A stretch of 64,000 nucleotides of DNA, taken from assembly GCA_963798275.1 (NCBI GenBank), contig CAWCTB010000053.1:35924-99923 (forward strand), read 5' to 3'. Shown here one piece after another: positions 10,173-20,600 of the stretch. The position numbers and the translations under genes are program-made. Each line of letters starts with the position of its first letter. Positions within the stretch are counted from its first letter, which is position 1. Source of the DNA: an uncultured Acidobacteriaceae bacterium. Lineage in GTDB: Bacteria > Acidobacteriota > Terriglobia > Terriglobales > Acidobacteriaceae. The notes beneath the pieces are model-generated. The model worked only from the letters and a program-made list of their open reading frames with translations, was not told the origin of the DNA and searched no databases.

Positions 10173-10937
10173 TCACAGCGTCAGTTTGCGGCGCAGTATG
10201 CCAGCTAAGCCGAGAACGCCGGAGCCAAACAATGCGATACTGCCAGGCTCAGGTACCGAAGGAGCCGTATTGTAAAGCATGAGATCCGAAACGAGAGTTG
10301 CCGTTTGAGTCGTGTAGGCAAATTCATTTACCGAGTGAATGCCGAAGTTGAGTGGGTCGCTCTCTGACTGCGGGGGAAGTCCAAACTGCGAAAAATCATA
10401 CAGACTATAAGGCTGATTATAAAAGCCAAGTTGATTGTAGCTGATGGTGCCGTTGGTGACGGCACTGAAAATCGGAGCGAAGTAGTTTTGGATGTCAATC
10501 CCCTCGATCGCGCCAACGTCTGACCTGTTTTCTATCGATCCCACGATGAGCTCGCTCTCGCTGTAAATAAGTGCTCCATTGAGACCCACTACAGAGTAGG
10601 TGAAGTTCGCGTAGTGGCTGGCATCGAACAGCGCCTGCGTGCTTGGGCTGTCACGGAAGTCTGGAGTCAGTAGTTGGAATCCTCGTTGGCTGCCAAGATT
10701 AACCGGAATGAGTTGAATGCTGTTCGGGTCGATGGCAGTGACTACGACGTTATTGTTGAGATCTACCGTAACGGCTTCGCCGGCGAATGTCCCGAACGAA
10801 AACAAGATGTCTCCGATGCTGCAGGTCGTCCCCATTAATCCTCCAACGGGGCCTGCTTGGCATGCGGAAGCAGAGGCACTACTCGCCCAAGCGAGTAATA
10901 AACAGCAAAGGAACATAAGACGTTCTAGACGCTTCAT
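10173..10937 (-). CDS. PEP-CTERM sorting-domain protein
   Basis: Signal peptide MKRLERLMFLCCLLLAWASSASA. C-terminal VPEPGSIALFGSGVLGLAGILRRK is the PEP-CTERM motif. Confidence 0.85.
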   Translation of the reverse strand: MKRLERLMFLCCLLLAWASSASASACQAGPVGGLMGTTCSIGDILFSFGTFAGEAVTVDLNNNVVVTAIDPNSIQLIPVNLGSQRGFQLLTPDFRDSPSTQALFDASHYANFTYSVVGLNGALIYSESELIVGSIENRSDVGAIEGIDIQNYFAPIFSAVTNGTISYNQLGFYNQPYSLYDFSQFGLPPQSESDPLNFGIHSVNEFAYTTQTATLVSDLMLYNTAPSVPEPGSIALFGSGVLGLAGILRRKLTL

Positions 10938-11471
10938 TGCTGCCCCTTTAGTCGGACCACTCTTGACCCAGCAGCCCCGATCCGAGCAGCAGCAGGCCGC
11001 TTGGTTCGGGAGTTACCGCGCATCTGTCTTTCCCATCCACGGCCTGGCTGGCACCAGGAGACGTGATTCTCTAGCCGGAATTTCCGTTTTAGCTCCTAAC
11101 AGCCTCACACTATATACCCACCAAGGAATTCCATCGCATGTTTATTTTCTTACGCGCTCAAGTTGTTGAGCGAGTAGGCATAAAGAACGGGACATAGTGG
11201 AACGGTCCTCAAATCAATGCGGCTGTCTCGCCCGCACCGGTCAGCACTCGATGAACTGAGCGATACTCATCCTGCCCGCCTCACACGCTCCAGTCAGGAT
11301 GTCATTCTGGTGGGGCCGCTTCTGGGGACAGGTGGCCCTTTTCCGTGTTCTAGCCAAGCTGGATCATGATATGCTCTGACCACCAACATCCATTTAATTC
11401 TACGCCTTCAACGCATTCGCAGTCGTTGGGGGCAATTTTTCATGCCACGATTTCAAACTGCACCACCACCC

Positions 11472-11765
11472 TTATTCCCTTAGAGATGTTCTCAACGCGG
11501 TTTCGAGGTAGGCAAACTGGAAAGTGTAAATCTGGTAGTCGTCACAGAACTTGTCGCAGACGCCGCCACGGAGAACTTTGTAGCCGTTTTCGTCGATGTA
11601 ATTGAAGGAACGGAAACGAATGGTAGTGGTCTCTAAACCGTCAAAGCAGTAGGTGCGGCCGTCAGCGAAGCGTGCGACAGGAACAAATGGTGAGGCATCG
11701 GTGTAACTGAATTTGTCGATCTCGAAATCTTCTCGCGTGTTCAGCTTCTGCACCAACTTTGCCAT
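11472..11765 (-). CDS. Hypothetical small protein (98 aa)
   Basis: The ATG at 11765 is preceded by GGAGTAGGAGG. The ORF begins MAKLVQKLNTREDFEID. No family recognised. Confidence 0.45.
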   Translation of the reverse strand: MAKLVQKLNTREDFEIDKFSYTDASPFVPVARFADGRTYCFDGLETTTIRFRSFNYIDENGYKVLRGGVCDKFCDDYQIYTFQFAYLETALRTSLRE

Positions 11766-12040
11766 AGTTGGGCCTCCTACTCCTTCGCTCGTCTCTCCCG
11801 CCGCTCTTGCGCCGTCAGTGCCTTGCTGGCACAATTCCTTTACTCGCTCTGCTTCGTCTGTTTCCTATCTTCTCAGTCTGTCTTCAGGCGCGAATTTTGC
11901 GGTATGTCATTAGTCATCGTTCAGCGGCCTCCACAGCTAAACGCTACTCGCGCTGAGGGCCATCCAAGTGGGACATGACAACTGGGTCGCTGCCGAACCA
12001 TTAGAACCTTGCGTGGGCCAGCCGCGCTCGTGAGAGGAAT

Positions 12041-12469
12041 TCAGGCATCCAAATCAATCCGCACAGTAAGCAAGTGCGTGCCGAAGAGTCGCACAACCGT
12101 CGCGTTCATGGCGCTGCTCGGCAAGTGACTCGCGAGCCACCGTTGACGTTCGCGCGGATCATCGTCGGAGAGCAAACGCGCCGTGCCCGTGTGCCAGCGA
12201 GCCCGTAGCCCGTCCGGCAATTTCAGCCGCACGCGCGGGTTTCGCGCCAGGTTGAGGACATATCCGGCTTTCATGCCGTGCTCTGCCACCAGCCAGAACT
12301 GCTCCCCAACGCGTCCGTTGCCCACGGGCGTGCGACGTGGCTTTCCGGTCTTGCAGCCGGTCGTCTCTAAGAGCGCATACCCCGGCGGCGCCACGCCCAT
12401 GGCGAACAAAAGCTTAATTGGAGGGTTGAGTAAGTATTTCTGAACCGCGTGAACAATGCGATGTTTCAT
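12041..12469 (-). CDS. Deazaflavin (F420H2)-dependent nitroreductase family protein (DDN/DUF385)
   Basis: The motifs LETTGCKTGKPRRTPV...FWLVAEHG..A.YV.NLARNPRVRL are characteristic of the family. Confidence 0.75.
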   Translation of the reverse strand: MKHRIVHAVQKYLLNPPIKLLFAMGVAPPGYALLETTGCKTGKPRRTPVGNGRVGEQFWLVAEHGMKAGYVLNLARNPRVRLKLPDGLRARWHTGTARLLSDDDPRERQRWLASHLPSSAMNATVVRLFGTHLLTVRIDLDA

Positions 12470-12709
12470 TTTCGCGCGCTCACCTAACCGCCAGGGATAC
12501 CCCCGGCAGCTTCGATCGGTGTCATTGTTGGCACTGTCAGGGAACCGCCCGGCGGCCCTGGCAGAATCGAAGGATCCGAAGTTCTCGCTTCATGCTGCCC
12601 GATTTTGCGATTCGGAAGTGGCAATTCGACATCATCACCCTACCTACGGTACTCGTGTCCTCTGCCTCCCATCCCCACCCAACGCATAAGAACGGTGAGA
12701 GGTAAAGTT

Positions 12710-13249
12710 CTAAAACGCCCAAGTGGCACCCGAGTCATACTGAACACCAGGCGGTTCGGCCAGCTGGCAACTTGTTCCATCTGCGAAACGAGCGTAACTC
12801 AGTCTGCCAGACACCTCCTTAAACCCGAATTCGGCGTCTGCCGCAAGATGCAACTTATCAAATGCGTTCGATTCACCAGGCAGGATCGTGCCGAACGGCT
12901 TTGGCACATGCACCGCGGTGAGTCTTGCGGCTTTTTTGCCAACCCGGTACACGGTCCACTCAATCTGATAGGAAAGCAGATCCGAATGTGAGTTATTCGT
13001 AACCTCGATGCCGGATACTTCCAAGGAATAAGGCCCCTGGGAGCCTCCGTTGACGCTGTTGGCAGCCAAAACCAGTAATGGACATTTACTGGGTATCGCA
13101 ATATTACTGAGTTCGTAAGACACCCGCTCCAGCGTTAAGGCTTGGCTCAGGAGACGCTCCCTTCGCGCCGCCTCACGCTTGCCGTTGACAAATCCCACAA
13201 TCCAAACGGCAATGCTAAGACATGCCACTATGACGAGGAGTCTTTTCAT
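12710..13249 (-). CDS. Hypothetical membrane-anchored or secreted protein
   Basis: N-terminal hydrophobic segment MKRLLVIVACLSIAVWIVGF. The start overlaps the upstream ORF stop (ATGA). Confidence 0.5.
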   Translation of the reverse strand: MKRLLVIVACLSIAVWIVGFVNGKREAARRERLLSQALTLERVSYELSNIAIPSKCPLLVLAANSVNGGSQGPYSLEVSGIEVTNNSHSDLLSYQIEWTVYRVGKKAARLTAVHVPKPFGTILPGESNAFDKLHLAADAEFGFKEVSGRLSYARFADGTSCQLAEPPGVQYDSGATWAF

Positions 13250-13530
13250 GATCTCGCCTGCCTGACGGCAGGGTCGAAAACCCGTGCTAAGTGGTTGGAA
13301 AACATTAGTCGGTCAGTCTGGTTTTCATGCACTTTCGCGGGCCGCAGGCCCACTTGGACACGATTGTAAATCAAGATGTGCCGACCCTGCCCGTTTCCCT
13401 CCTCGGTGATCACTTCAAAAGCGGCCATCTCTAACAATGTCGGCTCTGTCAAGTGCCATTGTGGGCACACCACTGCGCACGCTCTGAAATGAGCGCCACT
13501 TCGCTCTAGTTGAAAGAATGCCGACACCAA
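13246..13530 (-). CDS. Hypothetical ORF (possibly an IS3-type integrase C-terminal remnant)
   Basis: There is a 4-nt overlap with the downstream gene. ILIYNRVQVGLRPAKVHE loosely resembles the YN..R....L...SP tail of IS3 OrfB. Support is weak. Confidence 0.25.
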   Translation of the reverse strand: MVSAFFQLERSGAHFRACAVVCPQWHLTEPTLLEMAAFEVITEEGNGQGRHILIYNRVQVGLRPAKVHENQTDRLMFSNHLARVFDPAVRQARS

Positions 13531-13744
13531 TCAACAAGGCTCGCGTGTAATCAATCGGGGCGGAATTTCAGTCCGACCCAACCATCTCTCCGGTCGCAAC
13601 GTCGATCATGATTACTACTTCGAACTCCCTCAAGAGGGAGCGGGCCGCCCAATCAACGGGGCAGTGATCTACTTCACACCATGGCCGGTTTCGAGCCGAC
13701 CCGCGTGCGAACCGAACTTTAACAGTTGCTGGTGATCCCATTGC

Positions 13745-13985
13745 TTGCGCCACAACGCACTACACTCCAAGCATGGAAGTTGGCTGAACCAGGCGGAGAT
13801 GGAGGTTAGTTTGCTTTCCCGGCAATGCTTAGGCAAACGCCGAATCGGAGACATCGCTTGCTTGCGGCAGCAAACTCGGGCCTGGACTCGTCGCATGAAC
13901 CGCGACCGGGTTACCATCCAGTGGAAGTTCACACGTAAGCAGGCCCGACACAAGTTTCGTTACATAATCAAGCGGTCGAAGCACC
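13745..13985 (+). pseudogene. IS630-family transposase, C-terminal fragment
   Basis: SKHGSWLNQAEMEVSLLSRQCLGKRRIGDIACLRQQTRAWTRRMNRDRVTIQWKFTRKQARHKF matches the conserved DDE_3 C-terminus. Confidence 0.75.
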
Positions 13986-14290
13986 CAGTCTTCCACCGGT
14001 CGGTTCGAGGTCAACATGGTGCCCGCTCGTAGCGTCGCATGATGATCTCCAGCAGTTCCTCGGCAGCGGTGAGGGGCAGCTTGCGCATTCCAAGATCATC
14101 GATGATGAGCAGGGGCACGGTCACCAGAAACTCCATGTGCTCTTTGTGGGTGCCGTCGAGCGTGGCTTCGGCCAACTCATCGAGCAAGCTGTGGGTCTCG
14201 CGGTAGAGTACGCGGTACCCCTGTTGGATGGCGGCGTGTCCGATGGCTTGAGCCAAGTGGCTCTTGCCAGTGCCGGAAAGCCGGAGAGAT
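13986..14290 (-). pseudogene. IS21-family helper ATPase IstB, internal fragment with a frame break
   Basis: LSGTGKSHLAQAIGHAAIQQGYRVLY...PLLIIDDLGMRKL...LLEIIMRRYER in one frame, then LTSNRPVEDW in another (ORFs 14011-14256 and 13829-14017). Confidence 0.8.
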
Positions 14291-14321
14291 GGCCGAGTGG
14301 CTGAAGGCGGCGGTTTGCTAA
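14283..14321 (+). pseudogene. tRNA-Ser(GCU) 5' half, truncated right after the anticodon loop
   Basis: GGAGAGA-TG-GCC-GAGTGGCTGAA-GGC-G-GCGGT-TTGCTAA gives the acceptor 5' strand, D-arm, anticodon-stem 5' strand and a loop with GCT. The complementary ACCGC, variable arm and T-arm are missing. Confidence 0.55.
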
Positions 14322-14479
14322 GCCTCCCACGATCTTACCGCTTCTCCCCGACAAATCCTAGATCTTCTACATACTCAACTGGTCTACTTTTACTCCGCCC
14401 TTGACAGGACTATCGATGAGAGGGGGAATTTGGACTGGGAGTACAAGTTCCATGTTCCGGGATACCCTGCGCGCGATGA

Positions 14480-14778
14480 ATCCGGACAAATTGATCTAAG
14501 GCCGTATGCTGATGGCCAACCGAAGCGCCGCACAAACGCCGAGAAAAAGGTCGCCCCTGCCGGGCCGCACGTTGTACATGTCGGCGCTGACGGCGGCCTA
14601 TCAAGAGCCGTATCTGCGGGCCTTTTACCAGCGCCTGGTGGCCGCCGGGAAACAGAAAATGCAGGCCCTGGTGGCGGTGATGCGTAAGCTGCTGCACGCC
14701 ATCGTGGGCATGTTTCGTCACGACCAGCCCTACGACGGGGCCCGGCTGTGTCCGCCGGTCGGAGCGGCGGTTCGCTGA
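14480..14778 (+). pseudogene. IS110-family transposase, C-terminal (Transposase_20) fragment
   Basis: GRTLYMSALTAAYQEPYLRAFYQRLVAAGKQKMQALVAVMRKLLHAIVGMFRHDQPY is the typical C-terminus. Confidence 0.75.
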
Positions 14779-15739
14779 AAAAAGAAGAGAGGTTCTCCGC
14801 CACCTCTCCAGAGAAGAAAAAAGCTTGCGTTTTAACAGAGAATCTCATGGCTTCCGGTGACGGCACACCCAACAAGGCGGCAATCACGCAGTCGCGCGCG
14901 CGCAATTCGATTTCGCGACTGGTCAGTCTGTCGAGAAGTTTCCATTCGCCTGATAGTGCAGTTTGAAATCGGCCAGGAAAAGGAAAGGGCCGCTGCTCTC
15001 CTAGGCGCGGCCCTTTTCAAAACCCGCGGGGCCGCTCAGACGTCTGGCCGTAATGTGCTACATCCGTCTGGCGGCCACCTGCGGGTAAGAGCAGTGACAG
15101 GTGGTCATAAGTCGAGCCAAGTATCATGCCATCGCGGATCAATGTCAGTGACAGCGATCACCGGGGTTACGTGCAATTTGAAACTCAACAGCTACGTAAG
15201 AGTGGCGGAGAAGACCTGCAAGCGGCAGTCAGGGAAATGAGGGGTAAGCGGAAACCCATCCAAAATATTGCCGGGGAAGAGTTATGCTTGCGGGGAGAAT
15301 TGAGTGGTCAGTATTCCTGCTGGCGGTCATCGCCAGCATTGTCGTCGCGCAGCAGCCCGGAGGCTGCAGGTTCGTGCCGCCGAGAAGGGGTAACGTGACG
15401 ATGCTAATCTGGCTCGGAAAGCAGCTCTTAGAACAGAGCGACAAGCCAGCAGCTGCTCATCCCCAAAATGGCGGGCTTGGGTTGTCGCTTGATATTCTCG
15501 ATAGAATTGTTCACGGCGAGAATTGAAACTGCCACCGTCGGGGCTTGGTGTAGTCCGGTGACGGTCTGTTGCGGTCGGACAGTCGCGAATCAGTCACGGA
15601 AGCCAGCAAGTGACCGCGTGAAAGCGCGCACCGTCTTCGCTCTTATCCAGGGCCACGCATTATAAAAGGGCGCCCCTTTCGAAGTAGGCTGTGGTTGCTG
15701 TCTCGAACAGTAATCCACAGCTCACGAAAGGAACACCCG

Positions 15740-16809
15740 ATGAATAGCATCAAGTATGTTGGCCTCCGATGTCCACCGCGACACGATTTCGGTGGCGGTG
15801 TTGAACGCTGACGGCAAGTTGGTGATGCAGTCGGTGATCGCCACCCACACCAGCACGATCCTGGATTTTCTTCACGGCGTACGCGGGACTTTGCATGTCA
15901 CCTTTGAAGAAGGCACGCACTCGGCCTGGCTGTACGACTTGCTGGTGAGACGAGTGGCGCATTCTGGTGGTGTGCAATCCGCGGAAGAACGCGCTGTTGA
16001 CGGCGGGCAACAAGAGCGACGCGATCGACGCGCGCAAGTTGGCCGAGTTGCTGCGGGCGCGGCTGTTGTCGCCGGTCTACCATGGCCAGAACAGCCCGGC
16101 GGCGGTCCAGCATCTGGGGTGCAGTTATAGTGCGCTGACCGAAGATACCACCCGCACCATGGGGCGGCTGAAGGCGCTGTATCGCAGTCAGGCGATTGCC
16201 TGCGCCGGGACCAAGGTTTTCGGATCACGGCATCGCGACGAGTGGTTGGCGCAGTTGGCCGACAGCGGGTTGCAGCGGCGGGCGCGACGGCTCTATCAGG
16301 AGCTCGATGTGCTGCAGCCGTTGCGGCGGGAAGCTCGCCAGGATCTGATTCAGGAGTGTCGCCAGCATAACCAGACGAAGTGGCTGCGCACGATTCCGTG
16401 GCTGGGACCGATACGGGTGGCGCTGCTGCTGGGGCGGGTGCAGACGCCGCATCGCTTCCGCACCAAGCGGCAGTTCTGGGCCTACTGCGGGCTGGCGCTG
16501 GAGACGCGCGACAGCGGCGAGTATCGCGTGGTCAAGGGACAGATCGAGCGCAAGAAGAAGCCGGTGTTCATCCGTGGACTGAACCGCAACCACAATCACG
16601 ATCTGAAGAACCTGTTTAAGAGCGCGGCCACCACCGCCAGCGGCAGTGAGGGAGCGTTTGGCGAGTTCTACGCAAACCTTCTGAAAAAGGGGATGAGAGC
16701 GGAGATGGCCAGACTCACGCTGGCGCGCAAGATCGCCGCCATTACGTTGCATGTGTGGAAGAAAGGAGAGGCGTTCGACGCTGAGTATGTGAACTCACAA
16801 GCCGCTTGA
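15740..16809 (+). pseudogene. IS110-family transposase, full length but with two frame breaks (~15770 and ~15955)
   Basis: MNSIKYVGL (frame 2), then DVHRDTISVAVLNADGK...EGTHSAWLYDLL (frame 3), then VVCNPRKNALL...KSDAIDARKLAELLR...IPWLGPIRVALLLG...LTLARKIAAITLHVWKKGEAF (frame 1). Confidence 0.85.
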
Positions 16810-17245
16810 GCGCGCGGCACCGCAGGGAAAGGCAGGGTTTCACTCCGCGTTTTTCTGTTCGAGCTGCGAGCTCGGGTTCGAGGGTAAGTATCCTGGGCGG
16901 GTTAGGCTGCGTCTCCGCCGTTGGCGGAGCAAGTCTCACGGGCCACCGTATGCTCCCTCGGATAACCCCAAAAAGCCATACGGCCGCGGACAAGGGCCGC
17001 GAGTCTCAGATTGAACCATGGTTGGCCCGTTTGGCGGGACCACCGGTAGGCTTGCGGAGCTTCAGCTAGCGAAGGACGTCGTAACGCGAAGTGAACACGA
17101 CCAAAGAACTGCGGATCGACGCTACTCAGGCGAACGAAAGGGGCTGGATGCCAGAGAACTACCTCGTGCTCCCGCGCAGGGAGAAGTGTTTTCTCTTGAC
17201 ATCCCCTTTTATAGAACCCGCCACCGGGCATACTGTATTCAGTGA

Positions 17246-17538
17246 TTAGTGAAGCAGCTTGCAACGCAATTTTACAGCTACTCCGATAAGGCCAGCGCCG
17301 AACAGTACCATGCTCGTCGGCTCCGGTATTGGTGCCATCACCCAAAAGGTAAATTTACTCGTCACGGTCAGTGACATCGGATCTGGACCGGAAAAATCAA
17401 CGGTCGACAGCAGATCAACTCCGTCGGTAGTGTAGTTGACGATTCCCAAGCTATTGGCGGTTAGACTTGCGTCACCTCGCCAGTTCTGTGAGTCGTCTCC
17501 GCAGTTCAGAAATTCAACGCAATCCGCTGTGACCCATC
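17246..17538 (-). pseudogene. PEP-CTERM protein, C-terminal remnant
   Basis: It ends IPEPTSMVLFGAGLIGVAVKLRCK. The frame is open up to the IS256 insertion point but has no signal peptide or start codon. Confidence 0.6.
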
Positions 17539-18824
17539 GGTGACGTAACTTCGATTGTGTAAAGAGCGAGAGGGTGTAAGTTGGCTTTGGCCTGACAAGC
17601 TGAAGCCGTTCTCGAAAGGAGACTTACACCCATGGCGAAGGTAACACCCATCACCGAGCAGTTCCAACATTTCGTCAGTGAGCTGAAAGAGAGTTTTTGG
17701 GGAGACCTGCAGGGGCAGGTGCAGCAGAGCATGCGCCGGCTGTTCGAGCTGCTGTCGGAGCGGCAACGCGATCTGTACATGGTCGGTCCGCGCCATAGTC
17801 GGCAGAAGCCGCGGCGGGATTATCGCAACGGCTACTACGAGCGCGATTTCGTGACTCGCTTTGGGACGTTGCGTTTGCGTATTGCCCGCACCCGCAAGCG
17901 CGGGTTTCTGCCCGAGGTGTTGAACAAGTTTCAGCGCCGGGCGGAGGAGGTATCGCTGTTAATCCGCGAGGCCTTCCTGCGGGGGATCTCGACCCGGCAG
18001 GTGGGGCGGGTGGTGAGTATCCTGACCGGCGAAGTGGTCAGTGCGCAGACGGTATCCCGGCTGAGCCCGCGATCTGGACGAGGCGGTGCGGCAGTTTCAT
18101 CAGGCGCCGCTTAGAGGACGACTGGGCCTACCTGTTTCTGGACGGCGTCAGCCTGCGGGTGCGGCGGCCCTGTGGGCGGCAGCGGGTGCAGATGCTGGTG
18201 GCTTACGGAGTGCGCGGCGACGGCACCCGGCAACTGCTGGGTTTTCTGCGCAGCAAGGGCGAAAGTCAAAGCGCCTGGGAAGGCCTGCTGCTGGATCTGT
18301 ATCGCCGTGGGCTGCGGGGCGAGAAGCTATTGCTGATCGTCACCGACGGATGCCCGGGGCTGGCAGCCGCCATCGAGACCGTCTATCCCCGGGCGCTGCA
18401 TCAGCGCTGCTGGGTGCACAAGATGCGTAATATCCTGGAGAAGGTGCGTCGCCGCGACTATGACGAAGTGAAGCGGGGTGCGCAGGCGATTTACGGGGCC
18501 GACAGCCGGCGCCAGGCCGAAGCCGCCTTTCGCGCCTTTCGTCGCCGCTGGCAGGCGGTGTACGGGCGATGGTGCGACAACTGGAGCGCGACTTGCCGGA
18601 GCTGCTGTCGTTTTTCAGCTTCCCGCGGCATCTCTGGAAGAAGCTGCGCACCACCAATATCATCGAGCGCTGCTTCGTGGAGGTCCGCCGCCGCACCCGG
18701 CCCATGGTGTGCTTTGTGAACGTCAAGAGTGTGGATCGTATCATCTACTCCATCTTCCAGCGCTTCAACCTGGAATGGAAAACCCGCACCCTCCGCGTTT
18801 TTACACAAGCAGCTTGACGTCACC
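17539..18824 (+). mobile_element. IS256-family insertion sequence (1286 bp) with 25-bp imperfect inverted repeats and a 9-bp target duplication
   Basis: IRL is GGTGACGTAACTTCGATTGTGTAAA (17539-17563). IRR is TTTACACAAGCAGCTTGACGTCACC (18800-18824). They match at 19 of 25 positions. TGACCCATC is present at both 17530-17538 and 18825-18833. Confidence 0.9.
17632..18817 (+). pseudogene. IS256-family (mutator-type) transposase with about 3 frame breaks (~18065, ~18108, ~18565)
   Basis: RDYRNGYYERDFVTRFGTLRLRIARTR...LRGISTRQV; then DDWAYLFLDGVSLRV...LLIVTDGCPGLAAAIETVYPRALHQRCWVHKMRN; then ELLSFFSFPRHLWKKLRTTNIIERCFVEVRRRTR. These lie in three different frames. Confidence 0.9.
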
Positions 18825-19453
18825 TGACCCATCCGGAAACTGGATGGGCGCCCAGAGGGAGTGTTAAACTAACTGTCTTCCACTCCGGAACCCTTCTTTC
18901 TCCAGCCGAATGGCGCTGACCACTCGGTCGAAGTGCTGCTGATCAAACTTCGCATCCGCTGCTACTTGGGTATACCCCTTTTAAAAAACCTACATCATGC
19001 TCCCCAGTCAGGAGATCGTAGGCAAACGTAGCTCTCACAGCGAGAGCAGCACCTGTGATCGGAGGAAAATTGGATCCGGCACCCTCCGCTCGCTGAAACC
19101 AGCAGCGACTGGCAATCCAAATACGGCCCACGGGTTTCTTACCAAGCTGCCAAGAGTGAGATCTGCCTTGCTCAGTACCACGAGAACGAGGCCAAAGGCC
19201 GCTCCCGAGCAAAGCCGAGTCTCGACGGGAACTGTGGTGAGCGTGACCGCATCTCTCATGCGCCTGTTCGCCCAGTGGTGGCCGAGAAAATGCGATTCTC
19301 CCCGGGCGTCCGTGCCGGCTCAAACTGACCTACAGGTTCGCCGCAAAGTGCAGCATACCCTTGCGCAAAAGGGTCCTGCGCACCACAACCTTCCCCGCAG
19401 ATTAAGCCCGGCGGCTAAAATGGGAAAGGGCATCTGTGTTTCCCGTGCACTAG

Positions 19454-20245
19454 GTGGTGGAGGCGTTCGATGTGCAAAACGGGTGTGGGTCCGTGTTTCG
19501 CGGTATCGCATTTGTGGCCGAGGAGCGGGCGGCACGGGAGCAGCGGGCTGGGGATTGGCGGCAGGTGCGGCGGTTTCAGCAGCGGGCATTGGTGCCGGAA
19601 CAGGGCGAAGGAACGGGGACGGAGTTGGCAGTGGCGCAACCCGAGGTTATGGAGCAACACCATGCGCTGAGAGGTACCCAAGGCGGGACGCCGTCAGGTG
19701 TCAAGCACTGATCCGCAGAGAGGTTTTTTGCGCATGCGCGATGGCTGGGTGTTGAGTCATACGACCGATCTTGCGGTCGGAGACGATCACTTCATGGTGG
19801 CCGCGCGGGTGACGCAGCAGGCGAGCGACAACACCTCTTTGCTGCCGATGGTAGACGAAGTAGAGCGACAATGCCGGCAGCTTCCCCAGCAGATGACCGT
19901 CGACGCGGGGCTTTTCGGTGGAGCGGCTTTACGGGAGCGTTGTCGGCGTGACATCGATCTGTATGTGCCGGACAACAATCTGCGCCATGAGATGACGAGT
20001 GGCAAACCGCCGGCGGGATCGGGCGGAGGGCGATCCGCGACCCGGAACACCTACGGCAGAAGTTACGCAGCGCGGCGGGCCGAAAGATGTATCAACTCAG
20101 ACAAGCGGTGGTGGTACCGGTTTGTGGGTTGCTGAAGGAACAACGCGGGATGCAGCGATTTCTGCGGCGGGGTCTGGAAGCGGGGAACACCGAATGGTTG
20201 CTAGTCGCCATCGCCTACAATATCGCACGTCTGGCCAGGGCCTGA
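19454..20245 (+). pseudogene. IS1182/IS5-like DDE transposase, C-terminal two-thirds, decayed
   Basis: DPQRGFLRMRDGWVLSHTTDLAV..DHFMVAARVTQQASDNTSLLPMVDEVERQC...MTVDAGLFGGAALRE...DLYVPD (ORF 19698-20135). A third frame gives LKEQRGMQRFLRRGLEAGNTEWLLVAIAYNIARLA, ending near 20245. Confidence 0.7.
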
Positions 20246-20351
20246 GCGCAAACTCGGTATAGTCTCAACCCCTAAGACTGCAGAAATAACGATCGCCTGT
20301 CGCGCTAAACCGTGCGGCGCAGCTATGACACAGAGACCATCGGGCACCAGG

Positions 20352-20600
20352 TCAACGGAGGGTGGAGCGGTCAGCTTTTCGATGTGTCCAGGCGTGACAT
20401 TCAGCGCACAGTGTGATCAAGTTCTCTTCATCATCGGCACCCGAATGGCTGCGGAGCTCGAGGTGGTGCACCTGTAGGTGCTGCATGCTGCCGCAAGTTT
20501 GGCATCGCCAGCCGTCGCGCTCCAGAATTCGACGATGGAGGTCGCGGTAGCTCTTCTCATCGAGGCTGAGTCGGGAGCTCCTGAAGCGCACCTCCTTCAT
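20352..20600 (-). CDS. HNH endonuclease (small, 82 aa)
   Basis: RDGWRCQTCGS..HLQVHHL..RSHSG.D.EENLITLCAECHAWTH is an HNH motif with a Cys4 zinc site. The start overlaps the upstream stop (ATGA). Confidence 0.85.
   Translation of the reverse strand: MKEVRFRSSRLSLDEKSYRDLHRRILERDGWRCQTCGSMQHLQVHHLELRSHSGADDEENLITLCAECHAWTHRKADRSTLR

Noticed and set aside
14322-14350. The ACCGC about 15 nt after the tRNA-Ser anticodon loop might be the displaced 3' strand of the anticodon stem, implying an intron-containing tRNA
   Set aside because: No variable arm, T-arm (GGTTCGAATCC-like) or acceptor 3' strand follows, so this is a truncated tRNA and the ACCGC is most likely coincidental.
15126-15526. Terminase small-subunit-like fragment (…TMLIWLGKQLLEQSDK…), which would fit the nearby HNH gene
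   Set aside because: The only support is one short motif resembling the ..IFWLKNR..WRDK pattern. The surrounding frames give no coherent protein.
16810-17245. A 430-nt non-coding stretch after the IS110 copy that looks structured, raising the question of a second intron fragment or an ncRNA
   Set aside because: I could not identify GUGYG, domain V or any other diagnostic motif. It may simply be the non-coding 3' part of the IS110 element.
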